From assembly GCA_024137785.1 (NCBI GenBank), contig JAHRHZ010000032.1:13750400-13814399 (forward strand): a DNA stretch of 64,000 nucleotides, given 5' to 3'. Each line of letters starts with the position of its first letter. Within the stretch, counting starts at the first letter, position 1. The notes below the pieces were generated by a model. The model was given only the letters and a program-made list of their open reading frames with translations. It ran no database searches and had not been told where the DNA came from. Made by a program: the position numbers and the translations under genes. Of the stretch, positions 63,430-64,000 are shown piece after piece. This DNA comes from Ginglymostoma cirratum (Eukaryota).

Positions 63430-63870
63430 GATCACCCCTTTCCTCCCTCTCTCCTCTATCCTCAGCAGGTGCCCATCCCCTACTCCTCCCCTACTCTCTG
63501 ATCCCTCTACCCAATCCTACTTCATTTGCTCTAACTGATCGTACTCCACATTCCTCCATTCTCCATTCTACACTACTCCCGCCTCCCCATCTTGCACTCT
63601 CCATATGCCCACACGCTCCACACTGTTTGCAGACACTTCCACCGCACCTCTCCTTTCTTACACCATACTTTCTCCCATACAACTCTCCTGCCGCATAACC
63701 CATCCTCCTCTATCTACCCCTACAATTTCCCATCCCAAATCCCTCCACCTACCCCCATCACTCTCTATCCCACATCTGTATATGCCCACTGATTCTCTAC
63801 TTCCAGTTCATCGTCCACACCCTCCACTCCACCTCCCATCAATCATTCTGCCCACAGCTTTCTGCTCATG
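63430..63870. repeat. C/T-rich low-complexity tract
   Basis: Strong C-rich, G-poor strand bias. Confidence 0.7.
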
Positions 63871-64000
63871 TCTGGCCACCATCGGAGCCAAAAGTTGCAC
63901 TCATTGTGTTCTAATTGCAATGTCAATCTAAGTAGAAATCAGGCAGTGAGGCAAGTGATTTTGGGATGCGAAAGGCCAGGAGTAGGGAGCTAGAGACAGA

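Overview
Repeat-dense vertebrate genomic DNA, almost certainly from an elasmobranch (shark/ray), judged from HE1-type tRNA-derived SINEs, HER1/CR1 LINEs and Neptune-type Penelope elements. There is one 400-N gap (34525-34924). Main contents: (1) a ~7 kb decayed class I (gamma/epsilon-like) endogenous retrovirus on the minus strand (52048-59002) with paired LTRs, TATA target duplication, tRNA-Ser PBS, gag, pro, RT, RNase H, a truncated integrase and env-TM, plus a CNPase-like 2H phosphoesterase domain between protease and RT; (2) Penelope-like elements and miniature derivatives built as fold-back inverted repeats, with 13-16 bp target duplications and minimal hammerhead-ribozyme motifs; (3) CR1, Gypsy, Harbinger and SINE remnants; (4) a compact spliced plus-strand gene model (~8.5-15.7 kb) for a small single-pass membrane protein with a tyrosine-motif-rich tail, and possible decayed relatives at ~24.8-25.3 kb and ~49-50 kb. 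All calls come from manual reading and translation; no database searches were run, and boundaries of old repeats are approximate.
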